Assembly (NCBI GenBank): GCA_963924565.1
Contig: OZ004612.1
Span: forward strand, 6,634,001 to 6,698,000
Reading direction: 5' to 3'
Origin: Ascidiella aspersa
Taxonomy: Eukaryota
DNA: 64,000 bases
How positions within the stretch are numbered: position 1 is the first letter of the stretch; each line of letters begins with the position of its first letter. Of the stretch, positions 1 to 14,000 are shown piece after piece. Made by a program: the position numbers and the translations under genes. The notes beneath the pieces are model-generated. The model did not search any database. It was not told where the DNA came from and was given only the letters and a program-made list of their open reading frames with translations.

Positions 1-475
1 AAATCCATTTCTCTTTTATAAACTAGAACCTATAGTGACTGATTTTGACTGAGACAAGAAAGTCTATACTGTTTTGCAAACATTCGAAGTCATTGTCGTC
101 ATTAACGTGTATTAGGACGAGGAGATATCTTCATTTTTACATATTAAGTTTGTATTGCTGGTAGCTGAGAATTATTTTTACTGATTTTGAAATTGACTAC
201 TGGCAATTGAATGCACCATTTTTTTTAAGTTTTAAATATTAAGGAAAGTTCAGAAAGTAACAGTTACACATGGATTATTCCATAATTTCAAAATACCTGC
301 CTTGGTTACCATGTAGGCCTATGTGTTGATCGTACTGAATAATAAAAAGTAGCCTTAAAGTAAAACACGCGGCACACCTGACATGGTCTTACTATAATGC
401 CACTTTACAACACGTGCATTTTTGTTCTAATATAATATTTTTTCGCCTCTGTTTGCACTATAATTTTCAATCTTA

Positions 476-512
476 GTTGTTGTTGTTGTTGTTATTGTTG
501 TAGTTGTTGTTG
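476..512. repeat. Imperfect (GTT)n microsatellite
   Basis: gttgttgttgttgttgttattgttgtagttgttgttg. Confidence 0.8.
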
Positions 513-569
513 TACAAATTTTGTCTTTGTCATTTACAAAATACTTTTTATATTGTCTAATCACTCATC

Positions 570-625
570 GTGGGCGGGTAACGGAAGTCACACGAAAACA
601 GGTACAAGCCGGAAATTGGGCGGAT
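570..625. promoter_or_regulatory. Possible housekeeping promoter (GC boxes and ETS motifs), perhaps for the NIPA gene
   Basis: GGGCGG twice, plus CGGAAGT and CCGGAAA, clustered in a CpG-containing patch. No transcript evidence. Confidence 0.25.
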
Positions 626-825
626 TGTTTTAGGGCTTCAAAACCCTTAAAAGCAGATAATAAGGGAATATGATAGCCTACGTCAAAAATCATAACTATA
701 AACATCCTATTCGCTCTCGGCTGCTTTGGATATTATCATATGTGCTTATCGTCGTTTTAGGTAAACTTTTGTACGTGTTCCGCTAAGAATTTTAAACCCC
801 GTTGGACTGGTGTGCCGCAAGTGAT

Positions 826-2840
826 TGTAGCGTCATAAGTAATAATTAGTGGATAATTTGGAATTTATCGTATTGCATATTTTTACCTCGTTTGTTTTCA
901 CATAAAATCTGTCTTTTATCGCTACGTAATGGAAATTTACCGTTATTTTGCCGCTCGTAAGAACTTTCTAACCAAAACATTCCCAGTAAAACGCGCCGTT
1001 ATGTAATGACACACATTTTCGCTGCCCTAAAAATGTTTTTCGTGTTATGATACGTGACCTGTTTCCGACATGCGAAGTGTAAATATATTTATGTGTTGGC
1101 GTTTCGATATATCCAGTTGGTCGCCAGTCTTGTCTAGTTAATACAGTAAGCGGTTGAGTTGCTTGCCGGCTTCTGGCTGGCCAGCTCAACACCAGCCAAC
1201 AAAAATTGTGTGGATTTGTAATCAGACTCAGACAATACCCATTGTAGAAGTTGGTGATTGTCGTGGTAAAAGAACATTTAATTGAGATTAATCAAAAACC
1301 ACTTTCCACAAATTGGTGCCCCGAGTGTGGATCAAAGAACTCAAATTTCACGCATATCTACAAGGAAAGACGTCGAAACGACCGCCTGACAACTGTCATG
1401 TTTGGAACCTGCAAGGACCCAGCTTTTGGAAGAATTGATATCGTCGAAAGTTATGTCAAAAGACGATGGATAGCATCAAAGCTAAAGTAACCACCGCCCG
1501 GAATCATGGATTTCACAATAACTGATTCTGCCTAGTTTATCAGGTGAAAATCTTCAATACGCAAATTATGTATAGTCTATATCCATAAAGTCTAAATTAA
1601 AACGCCGATCGCAGGATCTTTTTGATATATTTAAAAAAAAAAGTTTGATTTTGTACTTGGATCTCAATAGTTTGAAATCAACGCGTTAAACTTGTGAATC
1701 ACGATTTAACTTTGTTGTGCACGAAATAATTTCGTGTTAAATTTCCGAATTCTTTTAAACATTTGGTACGTTTTGGGTTTTTGTCTGGTTTTCTCTGATC
1801 ACGCAGCAGCGTTTACACACGAGTTTAAATACCTCGTATCAAAAAGCATAATGATTTATCCACACGCGAAATATTAGCTTTCGAATCACAACTTTAGGAA
1901 CACCCCATTTCCTGCCTTTTGTTGAAAGCAATAGTAAAAAACCAGCCACTTCAAAGCGTATTTTCTTGTGATGCATCGTTATTTTAAAACTTACATTGAA
2001 CGAATTGTGTAAACAAATAAAAGGCCAATTTATAAGGTGATGTTACTCAATGTTAAAAATCAATAGAGTTTAATTCCGAACAAATAACTGCTCCTCCTTT
2101 CTTTTGTCTTCACAGTTTCACGTTTTTCACCATGTATGACGATAGGACATGAGCGAAACAAAGAGACAACAACAAAATGCCTGTCGATCGTTGACTTATC
2201 AACAGAAGAAAACATCTTTCGCTCAAATCGTATGAAGCACTTTCTAACAAAAGTCAAGTGTGTTAAAAAAATAGCAACCTTTCGGGTATATTGCGAATAT
2301 CAGCCGCCGTGTTATATTCACGGACGGCAACAAATTTTGAGTGCGAGTATTTGCAGCGTCATGAGTAATAATTAGTGGATAATTTGGAATGTATCGTATT
2401 GCATATTTTTACCTCGTTTGTTTTCACATAAAACCTGTCTTTTATCGCTAAGACGTAATGGAAATTTACCGTTATTTTGCCGCTCGTAAGAACTTGCTAA
2501 CCAAAACATTCGCAGCAAAACGCGCCGTTATGTAATGACACACATTTCCGCTGCCCTAAAAATGTTTTTCGTGCTATGACACGTGACCTGTTTCCGTCAT
2601 GCGAACTGTCAATATATTTATGTTTTGGCGTTTCGATATACCCAGTTGGTCGCCAGTCTTGTCTAGTTAATACAGTAAGCGGTTGTGTTGCTTGCCGGCT
2701 TCTGGCTGGCCAGCTAAACACCAGCCAACAAAAACGGTGTGGATTTGTAATCAGACTCGGACAATACCCATTGTAGAAGTTGGTGATTGATCGTGGTAAA
2801 AGAACATTTAATTGAGATTAATCAAAAAACACTTTCCACA
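826..2840 (+). mobile_element. Non-autonomous LTR retrotransposon (Ty3/Gypsy-like deletion derivative)
   Basis: Direct repeats 826-1310 and 2352-2840 both begin TG and end CA (about 21 substitutions and 2 indels by eye). 4-bp TSD TGAT at 822-825 and 2841-2844. PBS-like TGGTGCCCCGAGTGTGGATC starts at 1314. Weak purine-rich tract before the 3' LTR. Internal ~1 kb has no pol. Confidence 0.88.
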
Positions 2841-5081
2841 TGATAAAAGCTTGCTGAGCACTGATGTAGTTTAATTTAAACTGTACATAGTAACTTTATG
2901 TTCTATGACAAAACATAAAATCCCCTAAATCAATGGAGCGTGCGGTTACAAAAAGTAAACTTTCTTTTTATGGTGGAAAACTTACCGTGAGTGAAAGTAA
3001 ATTAAAAGTAAATTTGGCAATGCTGTATTTGGTCCTATGAACGCGTATGCGCTGCCGCTGGGTAGCTAATGTCATTAAACTGTTTTTTTTTTATCAACCG
3101 GCATAACCAGCGTTTTAGGTGCGCTAAAATGTTAATGTAATGTTAAGACATTTGAATAAAAAGACTATTATGCTAGTTTTATTCTATTAGTCACTTTTCG
3201 CTTGCTCGATGTTCGTGGGCAATTATGAATGAAAACGTATAAATAAATTATTTTTCTTTAGTAATATATGTTTATTATTAAGGTGTTTTTATTTCAATTA
3301 ACAAAATAGTCAAAATATTGTAAATATTTATACGTTAGGAAAAAAACATGTCAAAATCATTTCAAGTCATTATCATAGGCGCTGGTCTAGAATCCTACCA
3401 CTTTTTCATCCAGGGGTTTATATTGCTAAGCTAACAATACTTGGCTTAGGGTGAGTTAGCATTGGGTGGATCACGTATTATTATTAATCGTTTACAAAAC
3501 TAAAAAAAATACCTTACTTAAGGCATCTTTTTAAAATTGTTGTTCAGTTAAAATTTTATCAAACAAAATAGTTGAGTTATTTTCAACAGAATTTTGGGTG
3601 TGTCATATCTTCATTAGAGCAATATACGGCATAGCGAGCTGGCAAAATTAACCACCCAGGCCTAGTTTATCGCATAAGTTTGAGCTCAAACTTTGTTTTT
3701 GCTTTACTACATAGTCTTGTATCACTGATTTGGACAGGTGTAATAAAGTTAAACAGTATTTGCTTTTTATGGTGGTTTGTCTTTATGATGTGCAAAAAAA
3801 CACCAACTAAGCTTTCAAGAGTTCTGCATAATCTTATCAAAATATTTGATTTGTGAACCACCGATCGTCAGTAAAATATTTAAAACGTGTGTTTGACGAC
3901 GCCAAGACCATAATGCAGCACTTCCATCAACAATATGTTGTTAAATTCAATGTAATTCTAATAAGTCAAAATTTTGTCAAAAAGTATATTTTCAGGTCAA
4001 AATTTTCTATTTTTAAGTTCAAAAAATATTCGCCTCAATTATTACTAAATTTAATCTTACATTTTTATGCCTTCTTTGCAATTTCAACTTTGACAACTTG
4101 TTTCAGTAATGTTAGAATTAATGTGGCCGGATTCTACCAGGGCCGAATTGCATTTTACCTTTCTGATTTCCTCTTTGTGATAGTTTTGCAGGCAAAAAGT
4201 CTTATACTGTATGTAGGGCGGGAAAACATTGTAACTCTAAATGGGCTGATAAATTGAATTTTTATGAATATGTCTGCGAAAGTGTTAGTTGGCACCTACA
4301 AATATATAAACCGAAGGACTTAACACAACCAATTTATGCTTTTGTAAAGAACAATTTGTTCTGACAAAGTTGCCTTCCAATGATATTTATGCCGAAGTAC
4401 AAATTCGTTTTCCAAGGGATGTTACGCTTTGTTGGTGATTAAGCATTTTGTTCTGGTTACCTAAACGCCCTGGGGTTTTGAAAAATCGGCGCCTATGGTC
4501 AAGTATTATTATTGTATTTATTGTGCCTTATTTATTGATTTATTGCAATTAAAATTTTTTAAATCTCATTTTGTTACTATAAAAACATGTGGTAGGATTG
4601 TACACCAGCCCTGAATTTGATAAATTAGTATAAATATCATTTTGAATCGCTATTTAAATAGTTTTACGATTTCAACATGTAAACATTTGCTCACTGTGTT
4701 TTAAGTCTTTATTTTGAAGTTATTTCTAGGAAAATGTTTGGTCAAAAGATTAGGCTAATGTCTAGTAATAAGCCATAATGTTTGTTTAGCTTTACAAAAG
4801 TGAATAACTGTGTTATAGATTGGTTAACTAACTTCACAGTTTGAATCACTTTCACTTGGGTGACAAATATTTGTATTATATTCTTAATTACTTTCACAAC
4901 AAAGTGTACAACCAACAGAAAGTGTCGGAAAATATTTTTTCCACTATCTATTTAATTGTTGGCCTTGTTTGGTTTTTGATTGTAATTTGTAATACTTTGG
5001 TTCAGTTGAAATTAATAGAGGTTTTGTATGTGGTATTTACAAAGTTAAAGTACATCAGCATTGAAAGACCTCGAAAAAACT

Positions 5082-8000
5082 ATGGCAGTAGGAAACATAA
5101 CTGACGATGGGCCAAAAGACAGTCACCCCTTTCTTGGACTGATGCTTTCTGTTGTGTCGGCTGTTTTGGTGGGAAGCAGTTTTATCCTGCAGAAGAAAGG
5201 ACTTTTAAGGGCCAACTCAAAGCTGTTGAAAAAAGGTAACCATATATTATATATTATACATACATGGGGATGTGCCTAACTTTAGTGTAATAACTGCATT
5301 ATTAAAATATATGGTAAAACATTTAATGTGGCACATTTGGGTTGATATTTAACCATCAGTTATATATAGATGTATATCCTATCCTAACCGATGGTTAAAT
5401 ATTAACTGAGATGTGCCAAATTAAAATGTTTATATAAATTTACATACTTTGGACTAATAAAAACCTTTTGCAATTCTTAACAAATTTACATAATTTCATT
5501 TTTATTTAGGAAATTTTTGTATTGCTCATTTCCTGTGTGGCATAATTGCACCAATTTCCCTTTTTAAAGAGTATTAGACCTAAGAGTTTGCTTCTAATTT
5601 GCTGGCTGCTGTTTTTTGAACATTGCAACTCAACCAAACATTAATGTGTCACCAGCTACCTATAGTTACTGTTACTATGGATAATTACATCAGGCCCTTA
5701 TGTTGACTGACTAGATATATAATGTTGATATTTCCATGTTTTAAGATGTTTCCTCACACACTGGATTTGGTTATCTGATGCAGTGCACTTGGTGGCTTGG
5801 AATGCTCTCCAGTAAGTCTTAACATAAGCTCTATGCATAATACATGTCTTTAAACAAGTTTTAACAGCAATAGTGCACGATCGTCTGAATAGTTGGCATG
5901 TAGGAAAAAATGAAGTGACGCCATAACTGAAATAGGAATTGTTTAATATTTATCATCCATAACAATCATTTCCTTTATTCATTTTTAGTTGTGTCCCAAT
6001 TTTGCCACTTGTGTTTATTCCGGCAGATAATATTTACTCAGAATATCTCTTTATTTCATAACATTAATTTTTTTTAATACTGTGATGTATAAATACATAC
6101 ATAGTTTACCTTATTTGTCTAAAATGTTATCTGTAGAATTTCAAAAATAACATTCTTTTAAAATAGTTATCCTTTTCAATATTTGTCCTGCGGCACTGTA
6201 TAAAGACAAATTGTATTGCAATCTTGACAAGCTAGTTTAGAATTAGACAAATACATCCATTTGCAACGATCTATATTTTTAGTGGCTGTAGGAGAAGTGA
6301 TCAACTTTGTGGCCTACACAATCGCACCGGCCATCTTGATCACACCACTGGGAGCCCTCAGAGTAATTGTCAGGTAAATATCTTCTTTTGCACCTAACTA
6401 TTTGAACAAATACCTTTACACCTGGATACTGCATTCTGGTTTGCTTAAAACTAGGGTCTTCTTGTAGGTTACATCAATACAATAGGATCTAATAGAGAGC
6501 CAACAAAAATTAGAAAACTTTATAACATTAAGTACATGTATTAAGTAAGTTTTTAAAACACTTGCCTGTAGCTGTGATGTGATTCTACTCATATCATTAG
6601 CTTTGGTGATTGTGCCTTTATAAAATGACCTTGAAAATTAAGTGATAGAATGACAAGTATTCATACTTTGTATGCTTCTGTGGCAGACATGACCAGCATA
6701 ACTGTTATGTTCTTATGAATGGTAATGGTAGTGACTCAGAAAATCCTTTTTCTAAAGGCATTTGCTGAACATATTGCTAGACAGGTTGTGAATGAAAAAA
6801 ATATGTCTCTTTTGTTCTGGCACAAAAAGCAGCCGAAAAACTTTTTTGTGTTTTAATGATATGATAAAATCCAATATTAGAAAAATCCTATAGAAAAGGC
6901 GACAATATGTTCCAAAGCTGTTTTTGGCAAATATAATATAATGGCGTTTGACATAGGGGTCGGTTGTTATTGAAGACATACCAGCGGTCTGATTTATGAA
7001 AAAACTATAGTCGCGCCCAAATCTGTTACTAAGCGTCAAAAAAGTCCAAAACCAGATAACAAACACACTGTTAAAAGTGAAGAAAAAATGCTTTATGTTC
7101 GTCACGCGATGCTCGGCTAGGTTGCGATCAGCGGCGACGGCTGCCTCTGCTTGGAGTTGGAGTGCCTCAGGGCCGCATGCTGCTGTTGCTTTACCACAAT
7201 CTTTTTCCCAGCCTCGTTTCTCAGCACTCCGCCGCCACTGGCAGTAACAGAACCGGGCTTGAGCTGTATCGCTGGCAGCTTAATGCGACTATGCTTGGCC
7301 TGGACGCCGCCTCCGTAGCTTGGCGTGCTTGTGAGCGGTGAAGTCCTGCGGATAGCGTTTGCTGCCATCACCTTGCGCTGCGCAACGTTGAGCGCCTGTC
7401 TGGCATTGGCGGCTCGATCCCGCATGCGTTTGAGATGAGCCGGACAGGCGGGTTCGGTGGGCGGCACTAGGACCGCGTAGGGTAGCGAGTTGTAGAGCAC
7501 GGCGTGCTTGTTGCACCACCTTTAGCAAAAGAAGAAATGGCGCCGGTGTTGGGTACCATGCCAGACAACATATATTTTTTGCAAGCTTCTTCGCAAAAAT
7601 ATGTTTAAGGATGTTTTTAAATGAAATTTTGCTATTTAAAGACTGATCGCGATTTTGCAAAAGTTTAAAAACAAACAAACCATGCTTAATTGTCGAATTC
7701 TTTTTGTTTTTCAATAGGAATAATCAGAACAAAAATGCAAAAATGAAAGCTTTTCTTTTCTTTTCGAAAGGTAATCAAAGCAAAATTGTATACGTGAAAA
7801 GTGGTGTAGAAAAAACTTTGTAATATATACAGTGGCTTTTACAAAGATACCAATCGGTGTAAAAGCAAATAAAGTATACAGCACTGTCTGGTCACCTTTC
7901 TCAACAACGGAAAGCAATATTTCAAAGAAAAAAAAAACTGTGAAAATCCATCGGGTCTAAAATGCGTACGTCGAATTTTGGTTTCCGTGTATTTAAAAAA

Positions 8001-11000
8001 ATCCCATTTTTACCAAGCTGCGTCTCAATTACCTTATTTCTGTGTCTATCGTGGCCCTCCGATGCCTTTTCTTTGGCTTATAGTTGTTTTTTCCCAGTAT
8101 CTGACTTGTCAAACCTTCAGCCTGAATCCTCAGAAATGTTTGTTCCACCTGATTCAAAGCAGCAAATTAGAGTTTCCGTAATACTTTATGGCTAATTTAC
8201 TTTTAGTTATGGAGTGTATGCTCTTAGAAAATTGTGTCTTAATTTCGGAATTCCTATCGGAATAGATTTTTTTAGGTTTGCATTTTATGAAAAAAATAAT
8301 TTATATCGCTTTGATAATAATTTTTCTTAATGTTTGAAATCTATTGTGAAATATTTACGATTTGTTTTTAGTGATTTAACTGTTTTCCAATACACCAACC
8401 CGTGTACAAACACTCAACATTTTTAGGTTTTTCCTTCGCGACATTTCTAATTGTGTTCTTAATTTTATTTTTCCTTAAAATTAACGGCGACTGGATTTTT
8501 GAAACTGAAAAATTGCCTTTTCTGTTTTTATTCGAAATTTATGCACTTTCCGGCCGATAACCAATGCTACCAAACCAAGGCGGTACGCGTGACACCATTT
8601 ATAAATCTTACGTCGGCGACGATGTTTGTGCGTCGCCGTAAACATCTTCTTGTAAGTTCGCCTAATTTAAACAAACCAGTCTCTGAAAGTTGAATTAACA
8701 AAGTGAAGCGTATAGCTGTAAAGCGCGAACCTGGTCTATAGGCTCCGCTTGGGCATTGATCGAATGCGGAACGTCTTCCAACCACACTGTAACGCTGCTG
8801 CGCCTCTGTTTTGCCGGTCGCGTGTCGAATGGCGACGATTCCTATAATAACAAGTTTAACTACTGTCAAAAGTTTTTCCACCCCTAGGACTGCTTGCTTG
8901 TTTACGTTTCATTTGACATCTAAAGATGTCTTTATTAAATCCTATATTATTGGCAGTTCGTACAACTGTATAGTGTAAAGAAAGTTTTACTGTTCCAAAA
9001 AAAAGACTATATCAAAAATCATAATATTCGTCATTTGTTCCCATGTTTGAAATAAATCTTTTGTGATCTTCCGAGCCCACTTCGCGTTATAATGCGAAAA
9101 TAAATTTGTATCTATTTTATCAGTTCTTTGAACTCTTAATTTCAAATTGCGGCTTGCTTTCCTTTTTACTAACCCCTGATCTACAGTCTTGTCGTCAGTT
9201 TACCCAAAGACTGACAGCTGAACGTTACTTTTTATTTGAAAGGTTTGCGATCGAGAGCTGTGCAGTTACAAAAACATTCTAACATATATTTCGTCAACTG
9301 AATGCCCAAAGCTTTCATTCAAAGTCAGCTGAACACGCCAGATCACACTTTTGTCTCCAAGTTGACCTGGCTATTGCATTTAGCCGAAAAAATTAGCTTC
9401 TAAACTAGCTGCTTAACCCTTTCTTACTTGTCTTCCCATACTCGCCTCAATAAGAGCCTTTGTAACTTCACTAAGTCGATCCTGGATCGATCCCCGCCTT
9501 GATCTTTCGCGTGGCAGCATTTCGAGAACCTATAGACAAACGGAATAATTGGGTTTGGTTGCACTATGCACGGTTCTGTAATGTGGCTCGATAACATTAG
9601 CAGGAAATGATAAAATTCGTTTAGAAACGTCTTAATTAAGATGATGTTGAACTAATCATCCTTTTGGGCTTTGCAATTCATTATCAAACGGAATTATGTT
9701 ATCTAATTTCTTGTCCACCAGCCATTGTTTTCGGTATGCATTTGTCGAAAGAAAATACCTTGCATAGAAAAATATAAAATTTAGCCTTGTCAAAAAATGT
9801 GGCAAAAACGTTACATGGTTAGTCTAATAAAGTGTTATTACCAGACAGGCACAGAGCTTCACTATACTTGGCCTCTTGTTAAACAACCGTTTTCCTGAAA
9901 TGCACGTTTCAGCGATTTAATAGATTTATCAAAATGATTTTCGCAAAACGTTTAACTTCCGTTGACCCCTAGATGACCAGATGTAGAGCTGGCCTTGAAT
10001 TACAGTTCACAATCGCCAGTCGGGCGAGTAAAATTTAATCAACACGAGCCGGAAACAAATTACACTCGCATTGTCGAACGGGTGAGTGCAAAATCCCAAC
10101 CCTGCAGTTGTTGTAAAATTTAGTCTAGGTTCTGTGAGTGCTGTAGTAAGCAGGGGAGAGGGTTTGAAACTATGTATCACTATTTACGGTTGGCTTATAT
10201 GTTGGTTTTTGCGCGCGCGATATAATATCCAGCCAGTCCCCACTATCCAGCCAAGGTCTAAAAAAACGTCAGTCACCTTTGTCTTTTTCTTGGACGCCGC
10301 TGCCGGTCGTGTCTTTTCCCTCTCTGTTGCTGCCGTGTGTATGTTGAGGAAGTTGACTGCGTGCTTGACCTGACGCCACTGCGCGTGGACCTGCCCCTTG
10401 GACGTCCTCAGTGTTGTGGGAGATGCAACCCGTCGAACGTCGCTCGGCATATCGCAGGGAATAGATTTTACCTGCCACAACAAAAGGAAGTTAATCGGTT
10501 GTTCGGGTCTGTGTACGAGTGGTTTGGTGTGAGGTGCCTTTTCACTTTTTATTCTTTGTCCCTATTCGGTTTTCGAAAGCACGCCCATCTGCTCTAAATA
10601 TCATTTATTTTATGCCCAAATTTATTTTTTTCACTGAATTCATACAATTGATAAAGTGGAGCATAGACCCGTTTATTTTTTTTAGATTTAGCTTGAATTT
10701 TCTTATTAGGTCACTATAGAAACAGTTTCTTAGTTGAGTATGGGTCACGGCTACCGTTTCGAAGGCTTAAAATATTTTTTGCAAAATTTTTCTTGTGACA
10801 TTAGTTCTTTTAATCTGAATATCCCAAACCAGTATTCCTGTAAAATTAACTATAGTGACACAAATGGAACTAAATTCTTCCAGAAATCTAGCTTTTTTAA
10901 ATTGGTCTATGGCCCACCCCAGTATCTTTTCCCTTGGTTGAGAACCACTGCCCTCGTAAATAAACGCTTTAACCCAACCTAAAAAACACAACGGCGAACT

Positions 11001-14000
11001 CACATGCACTGGAAGTTGAATAGCCCAGGGCTGTGTTTGGCCGAAGGTGCCGATGTAGCGTCCAGAGTCGGTCCACAGCCTCACACTACCGTCCACTCCA
11101 CCAGAAGCAATCAGTCCGCTCTCATCTACGTAAGCAAGCGATGTGACCGAACGTACGTGCGCGCGAACCGACATCTTCAGATGTGGAGCTTGGTCGTTCG
11201 GCATGAACTTAGTGCGCTGCAGAGAACAAGTGGAAGGGTTTGAAATTTACAGTTGAATTGTGTCGTGGTAATACGATGCATTCTCTCACAAAGCTTTTTA
11301 TATTAGCAATGCTGTAAAAGTTACTCTGTATCCTGTGAGCGCTGCAGTGAACAAGTGGAAGGGTTTGATATTTACCCTGGAAATTGTGTTGTGTTGTTTT
11401 TTCAATGAGCAGGGCTCGGCTTTTTTAATGAGCAGGGCTCGGCTAATGCTGTAAAAGTTACTCTAGGTTCTGTGAGCGCTGCATTGAGCAAGTGAAGGGT
11501 TTGAAATGTACACTGGAAGGTGTATGGTGTTGCTTCGATGCAGCTCTCTCTCTCGTAATGTACGATAATAGGTTTGTGACTCTCGACCTTCTGCATATGA
11601 TCCACTAGTAATACGTGAGCAACTTTTTGTTTATCTATTTTGGGTAACTTATTGTAATATACTGTATCGATCTATAGATTGTATAGCCTAGTGGCGTTAT
11701 AAACCAGTGAGGTTATTTGTGTGTTTATGTTAATGCTGTAGGATTTACTGTAGGTTCTGTAAGCACTCCAGAGAGCAAGGGTTTGAAATTTACACTGTAA
11801 ATTGTGTCGTGGTAATTCGATACATTCTCTCACAAAGCTTTTTAAATGAGCAATGCTATAAAAGTTACTTTGGCTTGTGTAAGCGCTGCAGTGAACAAGG
11901 GGAGAAATTTACAGTGGAACTTGTATCGTGTTGATTCGATGCATTCTCTCACAACGCTTTTTTAATGGGCAGGCCTCGGCTAATACAGTAAAATCTAGTC
12001 TAGGTTCTGTGAGCGCTGTAGTAAGGGGAGAGGGTTTGAAATTCACACTAGAAAGTTGTGTCGTGTTGCTTCAATGCAGCTTTCTCGTAATGTACGATAC
12101 TGGGTTCGCTTATTTTCAATGAGCAGGGCTCGTCTCGTGCTGTAAACGTTACTCTCGGTTCTGTGGGAAGAGTACAAGGATCGATATGTACTATGTGGGA
12201 TAAAGTTTTCATTGTGTTGCTTTTACAATTACTTAAAATTAAAAAAAAAGACCAGACGACTTCTTTTCAATGTGCCAGTTTAAAAAACAACAACGTTAAA
12301 AAATCCCATTATTCGCTAGGAGTGATTCGTTTAAGCCACTTTTCCTTTAAAGGGCTTTCCGCCCTCCGATCTCACCTCGGCCTCTTCTCCCTCTTCCTCC
12401 TTATTCTCCTCGCCAGAGGAGCTCCCTCGCATCAAATTCCTCCTCTCAGTAACGTCCGCTCCGTTGCAATAAGTCTCGACATCCCAGACTCTAATGTAGC
12501 CACGGCTGTCTGCGGTCACCAGCACTTTGTTGTCTGCGTCGGTTGCCATTGTCGTAACGAAGTCTCCGGAGTTCTTCTTTTTGCACGCGTGGAAGTAACC
12601 TGGTTTAGACGTAATAAGAATATTAAAGCCCATACAGAAGTAGGTATTATTTTGAACGTTTCGAATAAGTCTTTCATTTTTAAGATGTTGAAAATGTTTA
12701 AAGAGTTATTCGAAACGTGCATAACGCGAAAAATGCCTCTCATACAGCATTTTCGTTTACAGATGGACCGAAAACATGTCTCGATTTAGTAATCTCAAAG
12801 CCCATACAGAAGTAGGTATCATTTCGAATGTTTCGAATAACTCTTCCTTAATTTTCAGCATAGATGAGTAAAGAGTTATTCGAAACGTTCAAAATGATAC
12901 CTACTTCTGTATGGGCTTTGATATTATTATTAAGTCTTACCACAACCTCAAACCATTATGCTTAAAAATCCTAGCTGCTCCAATGTCTCAATTTGGTTAT
13001 CACTTAACCGCGGTTTGTCTCGTCCACAAGCTATAGTCACCGCGCGTAAGCAGCAAAAAACCAAGAAAATCGTCACCCACCCAGCATTCCTCCGCGCTGA
13101 TGAATGGACCACATGCACATCCACCCTCCCGCGCACGCGCTCATCAGACTGCCGACAGTCTCGGACGTGTTACGAGTCTGGAAGAACAGAAGCTTGTAGA
13201 TGGCGCGGTCGGCGATCTGCGACACAAAGTCGCCGCGCGAATGGCCTGACGTCACTCGACTGCTGCTCGCGCTCGTCGACGCCGAGCTGGATGACGTCAC
13301 TTCCGACACGTCATGGTCGCTTTGCGCCGCCTCGTTTTCTGAATAAGTTTCGACCAATGGCTGTTTAGTGGTAGCGGTGTTCTATCCTTATTCCCGGCAA
13401 CGGTGTTGCGAATTGAGTTGTAATAATCCGGATTTGTGATATTGTTTGGAAAATTAAAAATTGAAAAGATTTAAATGAGGAAATGTGACGAAAATGTTTT
13501 TTTTTAGTAAAGTGCACATCGAGCTGTTTTTCGCTGCTCCTCGGAATTATTTTCCGAATTTAATAAACATATCTATCTATCGGATCTATCCTTACGTTTC
13601 TCACTAAAACATGTTAAATATAATTCTACATTTTTTACTTTTTCAATTTGGATGATAAATCGGCGTTTGACCAAAAATGACTTTCCAAAGGTGTTTTTAA
13701 TTGAATAAATGTCAGTGCAAGTTATACCAAAATATATACATTCTACCGCCATGCTTGGTCCCAATTCGAAAGTCAATTCCACACTTTTAACTGTTCTCAA
13801 AAACAAAAAAACGAATACGTAGTACGTGCACCGTCATATAGCTACACCTGCTTACATTTAAATAATACTTGACCTAAAAAAACAAGTGCAAAAATTCCTA
13901 CCGCTGCCGTAGTAGAACATCTTCCTCTTCTTGAGCCAAGGAAGATTGGATGGGAGCCAAACGTCAGATTTCTTGAGCACGATCTCACGCGTCATGGCTG

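Noticed and set aside
1-330. Minus-strand gene start at the window edge (MVTKA plus donor near 296)
   Set aside because: The next candidate exon has stops in all three frames I tried.
1251-1490. CPECG zinc-ribbon protein
   Set aside because: The motif is the translation of the primer-binding site; at most the ORF is a gag relic.
968-2776. Duplicated small ORFs (74 aa twice) as a gene pair or lectin fragment
   Set aside because: They lie inside the two LTRs and lack ATG starts or recognisable domains.
12163-12789. 208-aa + strand ORF and similar antisense ORFs over exons (e.g. 12958-13368, 57906-58199)
   Set aside because: Shadows of - strand exons and repeats, with no independent splice or domain support.
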